This document shows positions 1 through 9,325 of a stretch of DNA of 58,682 nucleotides, piece after piece (positions within the stretch are counted from its first letter, which is position 1; each line of letters opens with the position of its first letter). The stretch covers positions 1-58,682 of the forward strand of contig DASUGM010000063.1 of NCBI GenBank assembly GCA_036274055.1, read 5' to 3'. Both the position numbers and the translations under genes were made by a program. The stretch is from Vicinamibacterales bacterium. Its GTDB lineage: Bacteria > Acidobacteriota > Vicinamibacteria > Vicinamibacterales > SCN-69-37. The notes under the pieces were generated by a model, which worked only from the letters and a program-made list of their open reading frames with translations, had not been told where the DNA came from and did no database searches.

Positions 1-1
1 C

Positions 2-1432
2 GCGATCGCCACGCAACTGCCCGGCGATCTCCTGCAGCGCGGCGCGGACATCCCCGTCGATTTCCGCGCCTGGTTGTTTGCCTTCTCGGTGACCGCGATG
101 ACCGCGGCCGCCTTCGTCCTGGTCCCGATGTTCTCGGCGAGGAAGATCGAGTTGTCCTCGGCGCTGGGACCGGGCGCGCGCACCGGGCGAAGCGCGACCG
201 AGAGCCGGGCACGCACCACGCTGTTGATCGGCCAGGTGGCGATGACGCTCGTGCTCGTCTTCGGCGCGGCGCTCTTTCTGAAGAGCTTCGCGGCGCTGAC
301 TCAGGCGCCGCTCGGGTTCGAACCCGCGAATCGCATCACGATGCGGACCACCGTTGGCCCGCCGCGCTATGTCACGCCGGCAGCGATCTCGGGCTACGTC
401 GATGAATTGCTGGCCCAGGCGCGAGCGATCCCCGGTGTCCACAGCGCGGCCGCCGGAAGCAGTTCCCCGCTCGGCAGCGGCCCGTTGGCGCTGCTCGCGC
501 CGGCAGGCGAACCGTCGGTGCCCGCCGGCGGCGAAACGCGCGCGATCCTGCGAACGGTCACGCCCGGCTATTTTCAGACCGTCGGCATTCCGATCCTGCG
601 CGGGCGCGCATTCTCCGCCGACGATCACGCCACCGGCCCGCGGCTGGCGATCGTCAACGAAACCGCGGCGCGCCGGTTGTTCGGCGATCTCGACGCGGTC
701 GGACGTCAGGTCGATTTCCGTCCCGGGCCGCGCTCCGCGGCATGGATGCAGAAGCCCGGCGCCGTGCTGATTGCCGGCGTGGCGGCGAACATCAAGGAAG
801 TGGGCGTCAACGAGGTCGATTTCGCCGACCTCTATCTCCTCTGGTCGCAGGCACCGGCGCCGAGCATCGAGTTGATCGTGCGCGCGGCCCCGTCGGCCAG
901 CATCGACGCGCAGGCGCTCAAGCGCGCCACCGCGGCGGTCGATCCGGCCGTGCCCGTGGTCAGCGTCTCGACGCTCGAACAGCGCGTCTCGCGCGCGCTG
1001 CAGAACGATCGCTTCAACATGATGCTGATCTCGTCGTTTGCCGCGATCGCGGTGCTCCTCGCCATCGTCGGCATCTACGGCGCGATCGCCTACGTCGTCG
1101 AAGGCCGGCGCCGCGAATTCGGCGTGCGGCTCGCGCTCGGCGCGCGTCCGCGACAGCTCATCAGCCTCGCGCTCTGGCAGGCCGGCCGGGTCGGAATTGC
1201 CGGTGGGCTCATCGGCGTCGCCGCCGCGCTGATCTTGTCGCGCGCGTTAGGCGATGCGCTGTATCTGGTGCCGGGCTCGCACAACGGCCTGCTCTACGGC
1301 GTGACGACACTCGATCCGCTGATGCTCGGGGCGGCCTTCATCGCGATTGTCGCGCTCGCGCTTGGCGCGGGCCTGATTCCGGCCCGCCGCGTCGGCCGCG
1401 TCAATCCAATGCTCGCGCTGCGCAACGAATAA
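2..1432 (+). CDS. ABC-type efflux permease, FtsX/MacB-like (ADOP-type duplicated permease), 5' end outside window
   Basis: The frame is open from nt 2 to the stop at 1432. C-terminal FtsX-type 4-TM module (ISSFAAIAVLLAIVGIYG...REFGVRLALGARPRQL...GLIPARRVGRVNPMLALRNE), as in the other two ADOP-like genes in this window. Confidence 0.85.
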   Translation, partial: AIATQLPGDLLQRGADIPVDFRAWLFAFSVTAMTAAAFVLVPMFSARKIELSSALGPGARTGRSATESRARTTLLIGQVAMTLVLVFGAALFLKSFAALTQAPLGFEPANRITMRTTVGPPRYVTPAAISGYVDELLAQARAIPGVHSAAAGSSSPLGSGPLALLAPAGEPSVPAGGETRAILRTVTPGYFQTVGIPILRGRAFSADDHATGPRLAIVNETAARRLFGDLDAVGRQVDFRPGPRSAAWMQKPGAVLIAGVAANIKEVGVNEVDFADLYLLWSQAPAPSIELIVRAAPSASIDAQALKRATAAVDPAVPVVSVSTLEQRVSRALQNDRFNMMLISSFAAIAVLLAIVGIYGAIAYVVEGRRREFGVRLALGARPRQLISLALWQAGRVGIAGGLIGVAAALILSRALGDALYLVPGSHNGLLYGVTTLDPLMLGAAFIAIVALALGAGLIPARRVGRVNPMLALRNE

Positions 1433-1463
1433 CGGCAGGCGCGGCGCGTGCGAGTGGCCGGTG

Positions 1464-2333
1464 TCAGTGCAGGCGGAAATCGAGGATGAGCGTAACGATG
1501 ACCGCGATGTTCTTGCCGTCGCGATCCTTGCCGGGGCGGAACTTCCACTGCTTGGCGGCCACGATCGCTTCCTGATCGAGCCCGAAGTTCTTGTCGAGCG
1601 ACTTGATGACGCGGACGTCGCCGATCGATCCGTCAGGCATGACGACCGCTTCGAGCTCGACCGAACCCTGGATCTTCGCGAGCATCGCCGCGCTGGTGTA
1701 TTTCGGTTCCTTGTTGCTGATCAGCGTCGGGTCGATGATGCCGCTGCCGGCACGATAGGCGCCGCCGCCGAAACCGCCGCCGGTGCCTTCACCAACGCCA
1801 TTGCCGGTGCCGGCGCCGATGCCGCCGCCGCGACCGCCGCCGCCGTAGCTGGCCAGCGAAACTGAGCTCGCGCCGGTCGCCTGGAGCACGCTGGCCGCGT
1901 TCGTCTCAATCGGAGCATTGAGCGTCGGCTTCGGTGGCTCTGGCACAGGCACGGGCGGAGGGGGCATTACGACCGGCACCGGTGGCGGAGCCGCGTGTTT
2001 CGGAATCTCCATCGGCTTGGGCGGCGCGGGCGCGGGGCTGCCGCCACCGCCGCCGCCCGGTCCGGGCTGCTGGAGGTAGATCATCTTCACGTCCGGCTTC
2101 GGCTGCTCTTCGGTCATCGCATCCTGAGCCTTGATGAACGTGACCAGGAGCGCCGCAAAAACAATCGAGTGCAGGATCATCGACACGCCGACGCCGCCGA
2201 GCGTGCGCTTGGGATCGCGGCTCTCGGAATCGAACACCGACTGGGTGCCCAGCCAGCCGCCCGACGGAAGGCTCCCGCCAGGCTTCAGATCCTGGGGAGG
2301 CAGCGGCGCGGCAGAGGGCTGCGAAGTGGACAT
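1464..2333 (-). CDS. TonB family energy transducer
   Basis: C-terminal TonB domain (IQGSVELEAVVMPDGSIGDVRVIKSLD...AIVAAKQWKFRPG), Pro-rich spacer (PPKPMEIPKHAAPPPVPVVMPPPPVPVPEPPKP) and one TM (MILHSIVFAALLVTFI). Start moved to ATG 2331-2333 (MSTSQP) because the upstream part of the 344-aa ORF is Cys/Arg-rich and looks non-coding. Confidence 0.85.
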   Translation of the reverse strand: MSTSQPSAAPLPPQDLKPGGSLPSGGWLGTQSVFDSESRDPKRTLGGVGVSMILHSIVFAALLVTFIKAQDAMTEEQPKPDVKMIYLQQPGPGGGGGGSPAPAPPKPMEIPKHAAPPPVPVVMPPPPVPVPEPPKPTLNAPIETNAASVLQATGASSVSLASYGGGGRGGGIGAGTGNGVGEGTGGGFGGGAYRAGSGIIDPTLISNKEPKYTSAAMLAKIQGSVELEAVVMPDGSIGDVRVIKSLDKNFGLDQEAIVAAKQWKFRPGKDRDGKNIAVIVTLILDFRLH

Positions 2334-2564
2334 GGGTGAAGGTTTGACTTCAGACAGTATACTCACGGCCGTCCCCAAACGTTTCGCTAAACCCCAGTGG
2401 CTGCAAGAGCAATGCCCGGGTGGGCACCCCGCGATCTCAAGTTGTTTTCGGCAGATCGGCCTCTTCTTATGACGGACGGTGTCCACCGCTGGCCGCATGC
2501 TGAAGGCGGCTTAATCTGCGGGTGGTAGAATTATCTGCGCCGGCTCTCCCGGCAGGAGTCATCC

Positions 2565-2711
2565 ATGCGTCTGGGCGTACCTGAGCTGCTCGTCATTCTC
2601 GCCATCGTCATTCTGATCTTCGGGGCGAGTCGGCTCCCGGAACTCGGCAAGGGCATCGGCAAGAGCATCAAGAACTTCAAGGATGCGACCCGCGAAGGCC
2701 CGAAAGACTAG
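2565..2711 (+). CDS. tatA: Twin-arginine translocase subunit TatA/E
   Basis: 48-aa ORF below the ORF-track cutoff: [48 protein letters not shown]. It has the typical TatA TM, FG hinge and amphipathic helix. AGGAG lies 6 nt upstream of the ATG. Confidence 0.85.
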   Translation: MRLGVPELLVILAIVILIFGASRLPELGKGIGKSIKNFKDATREGPKD

Positions 2712-2714
2712 ACC

Positions 2715-4517
2715 TCAGCGGGCGACAACTTCCCGCTTGTCGCCCACGCGTCGCGTCACCCGCTCGCGGTCGAGCCATTCGAGCAGCGGGATCGCGAACT
2801 TCCTCGTCAATCCGTACCGCGCTTTGAACGTCGCCACGTCGACAAAGGCCTTGGCGGGCGCCGCTGATTTCGCCAGCGCCAGCACCTCGGTCTTCAGTCG
2901 CTCCAGCACATCGGGATGAAAATGCAGCGTGTCCACGCGGACGACGCCGCGATCGCGGGCAAGCCGGGCAAGCACGCGCGCCGCGGCGTCCGCCGGGACC
3001 GCCGCCGCCGCGGCGAGCGCGCCGGCGTCCGGCGGCGTCAATCCTGCCTGCGCGAGTTGCTGAAGCAGCGCGGCGGCGATCGGCGCGTCCGCGGCGTCGA
3101 CGCCAGAGACTCCGGCGGATGACGCGACGCGCTCGGCGCGCGCGCGCGCCAACGAGGCGGCGACGGCCGGGTGAACGATGCGCGTCCCGACGCGTACCGC
3201 GGCCGCCGTGGCAACCAGTTGCTCGATCCTCGTTCGAGCCGCCGCGCTGCCGAGGCCACCGCGACGGACGAGATCCTGTTCCGACAACCCGGGCTCACCA
3301 GCATCGGCGACCCAGCGCGTCAGCCATCCGTCATCGTCGGCGATCGCCTGAAACCGTTCCAGCGTGCGGCGGCGCCGCACTCCGGCGACTGGCGGTTCGG
3401 GATCGAGGACGACCGCTCCGCCGATGGTCGCCGGTGGCGATGGCGCGCGCAGCACGATCCGATCGCCGCGAGTGACCACGACCGGCGCGGCAAAGCGCAG
3501 CCGGACAAAGCCCTCGCCGCCGGGCGCGATGACCACGCCGGCATCACCGGGCGCGACGGCCCGCCACGCGGAGTTCGCGCCGGCCCCGCGCACCGCGGCG
3601 ATCGAAACTCGTGCGATGTGTTCGGCGGCGCCGTGATGGACCCGCACTCGCGCGCCGTGCGCCAGCGGCCGCGCGGCCGGCAGGACCGTCACGCGTGCAT
3701 CGACGCGACGCGTCACCGGCAAGGCGTCCGGGGTCGCCAGCGTGACGCCGCGCGGCACCTCCGCCACTTCGACGGCACCAAGATTGATCGCCAGACGGCG
3801 CGGCGCCTGCGCGTTTTCGACCGCGGCGCCATGCACGTGCAGGCCGCGCACGCGGACGCGTTGTCCCGCCGGCAGCAGAGCGAGTTCCGCGCCAACGGTG
3901 GTTTCGCCGGAGACCAGCGTGCCGGTGACGACGGTGCCGAAACCCTTCCTCGTGAACGCGCGATCGACGTCGAGCCGGACCACGCCGTCGCGTCCGAGAC
4001 GCGGACGGTCGTCAGCCAGCGCCGCCAGCGCCGCGCGCAGGTCGTCGAGCCCGCGCGACGTCAGCGCCGACACGGCGATCAGCGGTGCGTGTTCCAGAAA
4101 ACTGCCGGCGACCAGTTCGCGGACCTCGAGCGCGGCCAGCGCTTCCGTGTCGCCGTCAACCAGGTCGACTTTCGACAACGCGATCACGCCGCGCGTGATG
4201 CCGAGCAACCGGCAGATGTCGAAGTGCTCGCGCGTCTGCGGCTTGACGGCCTCGTTGGCCGCGACCACCAGCAGCACCGCATCGATCGCCCCGGCGCCGG
4301 CGAGCATGTTGCGGACAAAGCGTTCGTGGCCGGGAACGTCGACGAGCGCAATCGTCACGTCGCCGGCGACCACATGCGCGAAGCCGAGGTCAATCGTGAT
4401 ACCGCGCTGCTGCTCTTCCTTCAGGCGATCGGGATCGATCCCGGTCAGCGCGCGGACGATCGCGCTCTTGCCGTGATCGATGTGCCCCGCCGTGCCGACG
4501 ACGATCGAGCGCGCCAC
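2715..4517 (-). CDS. selB: Selenocysteine-specific translation elongation factor SelB
   Basis: GTPase motifs GHIDHGKS, DVPGHERF and SKVD. Long C-terminal winged-helix region ending FKARYGLTRKFAIPLLEWLDRERVTRRVG, typical of the SelB mRNA-binding domain. Confidence 0.9.
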   Translation of the reverse strand: MARSIVVGTAGHIDHGKSAIVRALTGIDPDRLKEEQQRGITIDLGFAHVVAGDVTIALVDVPGHERFVRNMLAGAGAIDAVLLVVAANEAVKPQTREHFDICRLLGITRGVIALSKVDLVDGDTEALAALEVRELVAGSFLEHAPLIAVSALTSRGLDDLRAALAALADDRPRLGRDGVVRLDVDRAFTRKGFGTVVTGTLVSGETTVGAELALLPAGQRVRVRGLHVHGAAVENAQAPRRLAINLGAVEVAEVPRGVTLATPDALPVTRRVDARVTVLPAARPLAHGARVRVHHGAAEHIARVSIAAVRGAGANSAWRAVAPGDAGVVIAPGGEGFVRLRFAAPVVVTRGDRIVLRAPSPPATIGGAVVLDPEPPVAGVRRRRTLERFQAIADDDGWLTRWVADAGEPGLSEQDLVRRGGLGSAAARTRIEQLVATAAAVRVGTRIVHPAVAASLARARAERVASSAGVSGVDAADAPIAAALLQQLAQAGLTPPDAGALAAAAAVPADAAARVLARLARDRGVVRVDTLHFHPDVLERLKTEVLALAKSAAPAKAFVDVATFKARYGLTRKFAIPLLEWLDRERVTRRVGDKREVVAR

Positions 4518-4522
4518 GCTGG

Positions 4523-6802
4523 TCAGCGCTTGCGCCCGGGTCTGGCGGCCTTCTTGAACGCGCGCTCGCGTTTGCCGGGCCGGCCGCGCTTGGCGCTCCG
4601 CTCTTCCTGCTTCGGCTTCGGTCCGCCGCGGCGATATGCTCCGGGCCGTTCCGATCGCCGCACGCTGTCGAGGATCTCCGACAGCCCGAGATCGATCTGC
4701 CGCCGCTCGAGGTCGACGCGAATCACCTGCACGCGCACCCGGTCGCCGAGCCGGTAGACGCGGCCGTTCTTCTCACCCCGCAGGATGTGCGCCTTTTCGA
4801 CGAAGCGGTAGTAGTCGTCGGCCATCGTCGAGACGTGCACCATGCCTTCGACGAAGTGCTCGACCAGCTCCAGGTAGAGCCCGAACGCGCTGACGCCGGT
4901 GATGTAGCCGTCGAATTCGTCGCCGACCTTGTCGGCCATGAAACGGACTTTCTTCCACTGCACCAGCTCGCGCTCGGCGTCGTTGGCGCGGCGCTCGCGC
5001 TCCGAGGTGTGGCGGGCGACGCCCGGCATGTCGTCGGTCAGCTCCGACCGCCGGTCGTCATCGAGGCCGCGCCGCGACTCGCGCAGCGCGCGGTGGACGA
5101 CGAGATCCGGATAGCGCCGGATCGGCGACGTGAAATGCGTGTAGGCCTCGGCCGCCAGCCCGAAGTGCGCGAGGTTGGCCTCGTCGTAGCGCGCCTTCTG
5201 CATTGTCCGCAGCATCAGGAACGCAATCGGCTTCTCTTCCGGCTTGCCGTGAATCTTCTCGACCAGCTTCTGGAAACTCCGCGGCTCGAGTTCTTCGGTG
5301 CTGGCGGCCAGCGAATAGCCGAGCGTGGAAATGAACTCCTCGAAGGTCTCGACCTTGGCCGGATCCGGCTCTTCGTGCACCCGATAGAGCGCGGGCATCG
5401 CGACTTTCTCGAGGTGCGCCGCCACGGTTTCGTTGGCGAGCAACATGAACTCCTCGATGAGCCGGTGGGCGATGTTCCGCTCGGCGGCGATGATCGCCTC
5501 GACGGCGCCGGCATCGTCGAGGACGATCTCCGACTCCTTCAAGTCGAAGTCGATCGATCCGCGCCGGCGGCGGCGCGCGTGGAGCACGTCGAACAACTCG
5601 TGCATGCGTTCGAACAGCGGGATCAGCGGCCGGTAGCGCTCCATCATCTCCGGATCGCGGTCGGTGACGATCTTGTTGACGTCGGTGTAGGTCATGCGCG
5701 CATCGCTGTGGATGACGCCGTCGTGCATCTCATAACGAACCACCGCGCCGGAGCGGCGATCGACCTCCATCAGGCACGACTGGACGAGCCGATCGACGTG
5801 CGGATTCAGGCTGCACAACCCGGTCGACAGATCCGAGGGAAACATGTGGACGGCGCGCTCGGGAAAGTACACCGAGGTGGCGCGCTCGTAGGCTTCGCGA
5901 TCGAGTGCACTGCCTTCGTGGACGTAGTGCGCGACGTCGGCGATGTGGACGCCGAGCCAGAAGTTGCCGTTCTGCAACCGGTCGATCGAGATCGCGTCGT
6001 CGAAGTCGCGCGCGTGCTCACCGTCGATGGTCACAGTCTGCCAGGCGCGAAAATCGGTGCGCGACTGCGTGTCCCGGTCCCTGACCGTCGTCCCGAGTCG
6101 CCGCGCTTCGGCGATGGCATCTTCACCGTGGGCGTCGGGCAGGTTGTACTTGCGAATGATGACGGCGGTGTCGACGCCGGGCGCGTCGAGCGCCCCAAGC
6201 ACCTCGGTGATCTGGCCGCTTGCCGAGCGCGTCGCGGTCGGCCACTGCGTGATTTGGACGACCACCATATCGCCGGCCGCGGCGCCGCGCGCATCGCCGC
6301 CCGCGACCTGGACATCCATGATGATGCGGCGGTCGAACGGCACCACGAACCCCCGTCCGGCGGCGTCCAGTTCGTAGCGGCCGACCACGGACGGCGCTCC
6401 GCGCTCGAGGATCCGGACGATGCGGCCCTCGGCGCGATCGGGATCACGCTGGCGTTCGATCCGGACGACGACGCGATCGCCGTGCATCGCCTGATTCATG
6501 TTGGTGCCGGCAATGAACACGCTCGATGGGCCGCCCTCCGGGCCGCCTTCGGGTTCGACGAACGCGAAGCCGCGCGGATTGGTCGACACCCGGCCGACGA
6601 CGAGGTTCATCCGATCGGGCAGGCCGAAACGCTGGCCACGAATCTCGACGAGCTCGCCGCTGGTCACCAGGGCTTTGAGCCGGCGCCGGAAGGTGGCCCG
6701 CTGCTCGCGAGGGATTTTGAGGATTTGGAGGAGCTCTTTGACGGTCGCGGGGTGATCCACGCGGTCCCGGATGAGCTCGATGAGGTCGTTGTCTGGGGTC
6801 AT
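4523..6802 (-). CDS. rnr: Ribonuclease R
   Basis: N-terminal OB/cold-shock-like region, RNB catalytic core (ARDFDDAISI, YFPERAVHMFP), C-terminal S1 domain (GYITGVSAFGLYLELVE) and Lys/Arg-rich tail. Confidence 0.95.
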   Translation of the reverse strand: MTPDNDLIELIRDRVDHPATVKELLQILKIPREQRATFRRRLKALVTSGELVEIRGQRFGLPDRMNLVVGRVSTNPRGFAFVEPEGGPEGGPSSVFIAGTNMNQAMHGDRVVVRIERQRDPDRAEGRIVRILERGAPSVVGRYELDAAGRGFVVPFDRRIIMDVQVAGGDARGAAAGDMVVVQITQWPTATRSASGQITEVLGALDAPGVDTAVIIRKYNLPDAHGEDAIAEARRLGTTVRDRDTQSRTDFRAWQTVTIDGEHARDFDDAISIDRLQNGNFWLGVHIADVAHYVHEGSALDREAYERATSVYFPERAVHMFPSDLSTGLCSLNPHVDRLVQSCLMEVDRRSGAVVRYEMHDGVIHSDARMTYTDVNKIVTDRDPEMMERYRPLIPLFERMHELFDVLHARRRRRGSIDFDLKESEIVLDDAGAVEAIIAAERNIAHRLIEEFMLLANETVAAHLEKVAMPALYRVHEEPDPAKVETFEEFISTLGYSLAASTEELEPRSFQKLVEKIHGKPEEKPIAFLMLRTMQKARYDEANLAHFGLAAEAYTHFTSPIRRYPDLVVHRALRESRRGLDDDRRSELTDDMPGVARHTSERERRANDAERELVQWKKVRFMADKVGDEFDGYITGVSAFGLYLELVEHFVEGMVHVSTMADDYYRFVEKAHILRGEKNGRVYRLGDRVRVQVIRVDLERRQIDLGLSEILDSVRRSERPGAYRRGGPKPKQEERSAKRGRPGKRERAFKKAARPGRKR

Positions 6803-6844
6803 CTACTTGTTTTCTTTCCTTGGAATCTTACGTCGTCGGAGCTC

Positions 6845-7016
6845 TGTGCGCGGTGCGCGGGTGCGCCTCTGCGCCGGTGCGTATGCGCCGTGCGTTTGGC
6901 GTGAAACGTGTGGCAGGATTCGACATCCGGCCCCAGCCAAATGCCGTTAGTTGCCCGAATGTCACTGGCTAGACGCACCGCGCACACGCACTGGCGCACC
7001 GGCGCACCTGCGCATC
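6845..7016. repeat. Microsatellite hairpin: GTGCGCN-type units (6845-6895) facing GCGCACN-type units (6973-7016)
   Basis: Read directly. The left arm is tgtgcgcggtgcgcgggtgcgcctctgcgccggtgcgtatgcgccgtgcgt. The reverse complement of the right arm is gatgcgcaggtgcgccggtgcgccagtgcgtgtgcgcggtgcgt. The arms align with a few mismatches or slips. The spacer is about 77 nt. Confidence 0.8.
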
Positions 7017-7065
7017 GGGCACGGGGCCGCCTGCGGGCGCCCATCCAACCGAAAGGGCGCCCGCA

Positions 7066-7704
7066 GTGTCTACTGAGTCAGTGACGGCCATTGCCGCCGA
7101 CCTGTTGACCGCGCTGCCGCCTGCCGACGCCTCCGCCGAAGGGCGGGAGAGCGCGGAGATCCGCACGCTCATCGACGCCGCCCGCGCCGGCGACCGCGAA
7201 GCCTTTGGCGGCCTCGTTGTCCTGAACGAGCGCGTGGTGCTGCGTACGGCGCTGGCGGCGCTGGGCTCGCGCGAGGACGCCGAGGACGTCACCCAGGAAG
7301 CGTTCCTGGTCGCCTGGCAAAGACTGCCGGGCTTCCGCGGTGAATCGACGTTCCGCACCTGGCTCCTGACGATTACCTGGCGGAAGGCCCTGGATCGCCG
7401 GCGGGCGCGCCGCCGATGGTGGACCCGGCTCGCCAGCGGCAGCGCCGACGAAGGCTTCAGCCTCGACGTGTTGCCGGAGCCGGGCGCCGATCCCGAACGC
7501 GCGGCCGTCGCCCGCGACTTGTCGGCGCGCGTCGGCGCGGCGATCAACGGGCTCTCGCCAAGACTCCGCGACACGCTGCTGCTCGCGACGTCTGGCGAAT
7601 TCTCGTACGAACAGATCTCGCAGATGCTGTCGACGCCTGTCGGCACGATCAAGTGGCGCGTCGCCGAAGCACGCCGCATCGTCAAGCTGGGGCTGCCGGA
7701 ATGA
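7066..7704 (+). CDS. ECF-type RNA polymerase sigma-70 family factor
   Basis: Sigma region 2 (EDAEDVTQEAFLVAWQRLPGFRGESTFRTWLLTITWRKALD) and region 4 HTH (SYEQISQMLSTPVGTIKWRVAEARR). GTG start. Confidence 0.85.
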   Translation: MSTESVTAIAADLLTALPPADASAEGRESAEIRTLIDAARAGDREAFGGLVVLNERVVLRTALAALGSREDAEDVTQEAFLVAWQRLPGFRGESTFRTWLLTITWRKALDRRRARRRWWTRLASGSADEGFSLDVLPEPGADPERAAVARDLSARVGAAINGLSPRLRDTLLLATSGEFSYEQISQMLSTPVGTIKWRVAEARRIVKLGLPE

Positions 7705-8213
7705 ACGGGCATCTGATCGACGACGTTGCCCGCCGGATGACGGACGTCGCGCCGCCGGCGGAGCTGCGGGCGCGCATCGTCGCCCGGCTCGGCGATCGTC
7801 CGGCGCCGTGGCGCGCGTGGATGCCGCTGGCCGCAGCGGCAGCAATCGTCACCGCGATCGTCGGCGTCAGCGTGGCGCGACCCGCGCCGCCACGTCGGAC
7901 CTCGACGCCGCTCGCCGCGCTATCGCAGACGACAGCCGGCAACTTGCCCGCCGCGGCGCTGATTCCTGCGAACAACACCGCGATGCCGATCAAGCCGATC
8001 AGGAAGAAGCGCCCGGCCAGGCCGGAAGCCATCTCCGCCGCGGAAGCCGCCTGGCGCGCGCGCGCGATTCCCGCGATTGCCGCGCTGGCGCCGCTCACCA
8101 CCGACGAGATCCAACCGGAGTCGTTGACCGTGCCTCTACTCGAACTGAAACCGCTCGTGACGCTGCCGGTTATCGTGGCGCCGATTGACGCCGACGCGTC
8201 CGGAGGACGTTGA
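7701..8213 (+). CDS. Putative anti-sigma factor (single-pass membrane protein)
   Basis: The ATG overlaps the sigma stop (ATGA). Short cytoplasmic N-terminus, one TM (WMPLAAAAAIVTAIVGVSVA) and a Pro/Ala-rich exterior. Called from position and topology only. Confidence 0.55.
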   Translation: MNGHLIDDVARRMTDVAPPAELRARIVARLGDRPAPWRAWMPLAAAAAIVTAIVGVSVARPAPPRRTSTPLAALSQTTAGNLPAAALIPANNTAMPIKPIRKKRPARPEAISAAEAAWRARAIPAIAALAPLTTDEIQPESLTVPLLELKPLVTLPVIVAPIDADASGGR

Positions 8214-8244
8214 CGGCGATCGCGGCGAAAAAGGACCTGTCGAT

Positions 8245-8892
8245 ATGAAACGTGTGCTTCTCACTTCGTTGTTCGTACTCGCCGCGTCGAGCGCTTTCGC
8301 GCAGCAGACGACGCCGCCGGCACGGCCGGCGACGACACCGCCCTCGCGGCCCTCAACACAGCCGCCACCCGGTGTCAGCGCGCCGATCACGCCGACGCCC
8401 GGCGCGGCACCGAGCGCGCAGACGCCGGCCCCCAGAGCCATGACGCCAGAGCAGCGGGACGCCGCCGCCGCCCGCGAAGCGGGCATCTGGCAGAACATCA
8501 AGCTCGATCTCGTGCTCACCGACAATTACACCGGAACGCCGGTCAAGAAAACGGTGACGATGATCATGTCGAGCGGGCGGAGCGGCCAGATCCGCACAAC
8601 CAATCAGGTCGGCGGCTTCGACGTCGAGTTGAACGTCGACGCGCAGGCGTCAACCAAAGTGAATCCACCTGGATTCTCAGGGCCGATTCAGATCTACACG
8701 TCGATTACCGTGCAGTACATGCCGGCACCGACGCCGGATACCTCGAGCCGCGGCCCGTCGAAGCCCTCGGGACTGCATCAGTCGATCAGCTTCGCGCTGC
8801 TGGATGGCAAACCGATGCTGATTTCTCAGTCGGCGGATCCGGTCACGGATCGCAAGGTCACGCTCGAAGTCACCGCCACCGTGCTGAAGTAG
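8245..8892 (+). CDS. Hypothetical secreted protein (Pro-rich linker + beta-rich domain)
   Basis: Signal peptide MKRVLLTSLFVLAASSAFAQQ, then a low-complexity Pro/Thr/Ala segment and a roughly 130-aa domain with no motif I recognise. High GC3. Confidence 0.6.
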   Translation: MKRVLLTSLFVLAASSAFAQQTTPPARPATTPPSRPSTQPPPGVSAPITPTPGAAPSAQTPAPRAMTPEQRDAAAAREAGIWQNIKLDLVLTDNYTGTPVKKTVTMIMSSGRSGQIRTTNQVGGFDVELNVDAQASTKVNPPGFSGPIQIYTSITVQYMPAPTPDTSSRGPSKPSGLHQSISFALLDGKPMLISQSADPVTDRKVTLEVTATVLK

Positions 8893-9294
8893 CTACTTCT
8901 CCGCGCTCATCAACGCCTTGAGCGCCGCGTCGGCGGCGCTCTGGGCGCCCTGATCCATCGAGGCCGCCAGCCGCTGCGCGTCCTTCAGGCTGGCGAGCAC
9001 GGCATCGAGTTTCCCGGCGCCGGTGGTGTCGCCACTGGCGCGCATCCGCGCCTGCACGCTCTCGGCGGTGACCCGCGCGGTCTCGAACTGTTTGCTCGCA
9101 TCGCCGAAGTTGATGAGAAACAGGCTGACACGCCCCTGCAGCACCGCGGCGCGAACCAGCACGAGGTCCTGGCCGAGCTGCAGCCGCGCCGTTTCGCGCT
9201 CGGCGGCGCTGCGCCCCGCGGCGCCGGCAATCCACCCAATCGCAAACGACAGCACCACCGCGACAATCGCGGCGCCCACAGCTTTGAGATTCAT
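8893..9294 (-). CDS. Hypothetical membrane-anchored protein
   Basis: N-terminal TM (AVGAAIVAVVLSFAIGWIAGAAG) followed by a helical Ala/Arg-rich region. High GC3. No recognised family. Confidence 0.5.
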   Translation of the reverse strand: MNLKAVGAAIVAVVLSFAIGWIAGAAGRSAAERETARLQLGQDLVLVRAAVLQGRVSLFLINFGDASKQFETARVTAESVQARMRASGDTTGAGKLDAVLASLKDAQRLAASMDQGAQSAADAALKALMSAEK

Positions 9295-9325
9295 TGAACG
9301 AGAAGGACGACGGAGGAAAACGCTG

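Noticed and set aside
2334-2564. TTGACT...TATACT promoter-like hexamers in the tonB/tatA divergent region
   Set aside because: The spacer between the hexamers is only 8 nt, incompatible with a sigma-70 -35/-10 pair. I could not support a promoter call.
4787-6904. 705-aa plus-strand ORF opposite rnr. Similar long shadow ORFs occur at 3171-4757, 9673-11280, 20232-21857, 38702-40504, 47882-49900 and 55469-56938.
   Set aside because: Each is antisense or out of frame to a gene with strong family motifs. Each has Arg/Gly/Asp-rich composition without recognisable domains. I regard them as GC-driven artefacts.
6803-7065. tmRNA, 6S RNA or tRNA next to rnr
   Set aside because: I could find no tRNA-like acceptor or T-arm (GGTTCGAATCC-type) and no resume-codon or tag reading frame. 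The region is too short for tmRNA. The inverted microsatellite arms explain it better.
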